Assembly: GCA_950097015.1 (NCBI GenBank) | Contig: CATNEN010000007.1 | Location: forward strand, 7,068,001-7,132,000 | Direction: 5' to 3' | Length of the DNA: 64,000 bases | DNA from: Macrostomum hystrix | Taxonomy: Eukaryota; Animalia; Platyhelminthes | Part shown: positions 61,746 to 64,000 of the stretch, piece by piece | Position numbering within the stretch: position 1 is the first letter of the stretch | Layout: each line of letters begins with the position of its first letter | Program-made: the position numbers and the translations under genes | Notes under the pieces: model-generated | The model's database searches: none | What the model saw: the letters and a program-made list of their open reading frames with translations, nothing else | What the model was told of the DNA's origin: nothing

Positions 61746-61833
61746 CAGCCCGCACCTCAGCCAGTCGATCGGTGAAGAGGTTCGGCTGCGATTTCAGCGG
61801 CGAAATCAGTTCCGACTGTCGAGAAAGACCGCG
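61746..61833 (+). CDS. Unidentified gene, candidate exon 2
   Basis: Acceptor CTTTTGACAG with matching phase; SPHLSQSIGEEVRLRFQRRNQFRLSRKTA; donor GTGAGA. Confidence 0.6.
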
Positions 61834-61854
61834 GTGAGATTATTAGCTGACAAA

Positions 61855-63769
61855 CACTGTCTCCAATCTAACAGTCTCCAATCTCACAGTCTCCAGTCTC
61901 ACAGTCTCCAATCTCACAGTCTCCAATCTAACAGTCTCCAATCTAACAGTCTCCAATCTCACAGTCTCCAGTCTCACAGTCTCCAATCTCACAGTCTCCA
62001 ATCTCACAGTCTTCAATCTAACAGTCTCCAATCTCACAGTCTCCAGTCTCACAGTCTCCAATCTCACAGTCTCCAATCTCACAGTCTCCAATCTCACAGT
62101 CTCCAATCTCACAGTCTCCAATCTCAGTCTCAAATCTTACAGTCTCCAATCTCACAGTCTCCAATCTCACAGTCTCCAATCTCAGTCTCCAATCTCACAG
62201 TCTCCAATCTCACAGTCTCCAATCTCACAGTCTCCAATCTCACAGTCTCCAGTCTCACAGTCTCCAATCTCAGTCTCCAATCTCACAGTCTCCAGTCTCA
62301 CAGTCTCCAATCTCACAGTCTCCAATCTCAGTCTCCAATCTTACAGTCTCCAATCTCACAGTCTCCAATCTCTCAGTCTCCAATCTCACAGTCTCCAATC
62401 TCAGTCTCCAATCTTACAGTCTCCAATCTCACAGTCTCCAATCTCTCAGTCTCCAATCTCACAGTCTCCAATCTCAGTCTCCAATCTTACAGTCTCCAGT
62501 CTCACAGTCTCCAATCTCACAGTCTCCAATCTCACAGTCTCCAATCTCACAGTCTCCAATCTCACAGTCTCCAATCTCACAGTCTCCAATCTCACAGTCT
62601 CCAGTCTCACAGTCTCCAATCTCACAGTCTCCAGTCTCACAGTCTGCAATCTCACAGTCTCCAATCTCACAGTCTCCAGTCTCACAGTCTCCAATCTCAC
62701 AATCTTCAATCTCACAGTCTCCAATCTCACAGTCTCCAATCTCACTGTCTCCAATCTCAGTCTCCAATCTCACAGTCTCCAGTCTCACAGTCTCCAATCT
62801 CACAGTCTCCAATCTAACAGTCTCCAATCTAACAGTCTCCAATCTCACAGTCTCCAGTCTCACAGTCTCCAATCTCACAGTCTCCAATCTCACAGTCTTC
62901 AATCTAACAGTCTCCAATCTCACAGTCTCCAGTCTCACAGTCTCCAATCTCACAGTCTCCAATCTCACAGTCTCCAATCTCACAGTCTCCAATCTCACAG
63001 TCTCCAATCTCAGTCTCCAATCTTACAGTCTCCAATCTCACAGTCTCCAATCTCACAGTCTCCAATCTCACAGTCTCCAATCTCACAGTCTCCAATCTCA
63101 CAGTCTCCAATCTCACAGTCTCCAATCTCACAGTCTCCAATCTCAGTCTCCAATCTCACAGTCTCCAGTCTCACAGTCTCCAATCTCACAGTCTCCAATC
63201 TCAGTCTCCAATCTTACAGTCTCCAATCTCACAGTCTCCAATCTCACAGTCTCCAATCTCACAGTCTCCAATCTCAGTCTCCAATCTTACAGTCTCCAAT
63301 CTCACAGTCTCCAATCTCACAGTCTCCAATCTCAGTCTCCAATCTCACAGTCTCCAATCTCACAGTCTCCAATCTCACAGTCTCCAATCTCAGTCTCAAA
63401 TCTTACAGTCTCCAATCTCACAGTCTCCAGTCTCACAGTCTCCAATCTCACAGTCTCCAATCTCAGTCTCCAATCTTACAGTCTCCAATCTCACAGTCTC
63501 CAATCTCACAGTCTCCAATCTCAGTCTCCAATCTTACAGTCTCCAATCTCACAGTCTCCAATCTTACAGTCTCCAATCTCACAGTCTCCAATCTCACAGT
63601 CTCCAATCTCACAGTCTCCAATCTCACAGTCTCCAATCTCACAGTCTCCAATCTCACAGTCTCCAATCTCACAGTCTCCAATCTCACAGTCTCCAATCTC
63701 ACAGTCTCCAATCTCACAGTCTCCAATCTCACAGTCTCCAATCTCACAGTCTCCAATCTCACAGTCTCA
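61855..63769. repeat. 15-bp (with 13-bp variants) minisatellite TCTCACAGTCTCCAA filling an intron
   Basis: Direct inspection. Confidence 0.97.
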
Positions 63770-63782
63770 CCCGCATCCCTAG

Positions 63783-64000
63783 ATCTCCATGGACCAGTGC
63801 CACGTGTGGGGCACAATGCCCTCCCTTCCCATGCACGCTCACTCCGGCTCGGACACCGGCCTGGGTCTGTTCGGTGCGTCGCCCCTCTCCGCCGCCGCCG
63901 CCTCTGTAGCAGCCGCCGCTTCAGCATCGACCTCGGGCAGCCACGACTCGTGCGCCGCCGCAGCCGCCGCGCACAAGCGCCAGTCGGTGACGGAGTCGCC
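63783..64000 (+). CDS. Unidentified gene, candidate exon 3 (runs off the window)
   Basis: Acceptor CATCCCTAG, phase 0; open frame ISMDQCHVWGTMPSLP...AAAHKRQSVTES to the window end. Confidence 0.6.
   Translation, partial: MSMDQCHVWGTMPSLPMHAHSGSDTGLGLFGASPLSAAAASVAAAASASTSGSHDSCAAAAAAHKRQSVTES

Overview
Eukaryotic (metazoan) genomic DNA, roughly 40% of it in about 30 separate micro/minisatellite arrays. Short GC-rich exons with huge simple-repeat loads are consistent with a repeat-rich invertebrate such as the flatworm Macrostomum (inference only). Most long ORFs in the supplied track are artefacts of these repeats. Genes I can reconstruct by reading splice sites: (1) a probable Wnt-family first coding exon on the minus strand (2374-2465), with the rest apparently off the left edge; (2) an achaete-scute (ASCL) bHLH gene, probably two exons (12192-13390); (3) a PFTAIRE kinase (CDK14/Eip63E-like, about 17025-31825) with a GC-AG intron, several candidate N-terminal exons and a divergent CDK-insert region; (4) a two-exon 90-aa secreted, prohormone-like ORF that is not in the ORF track (32633-32974); (5) a DYRK2/3-class kinase (35278-42244); (6) the 5' part of an unidentified gene running off the right edge (61153-64000). 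Mobile elements: a 5'-truncated, decayed RNase H-bearing LINE inside an (ACACCA)n microsatellite, a tRNA-derived SINE with a CORE-like domain plus a second head fragment, and an unclassified dispersed repeat in two copies. The most striking structural pattern is that many long introns are short introns inflated by a single tandem array.
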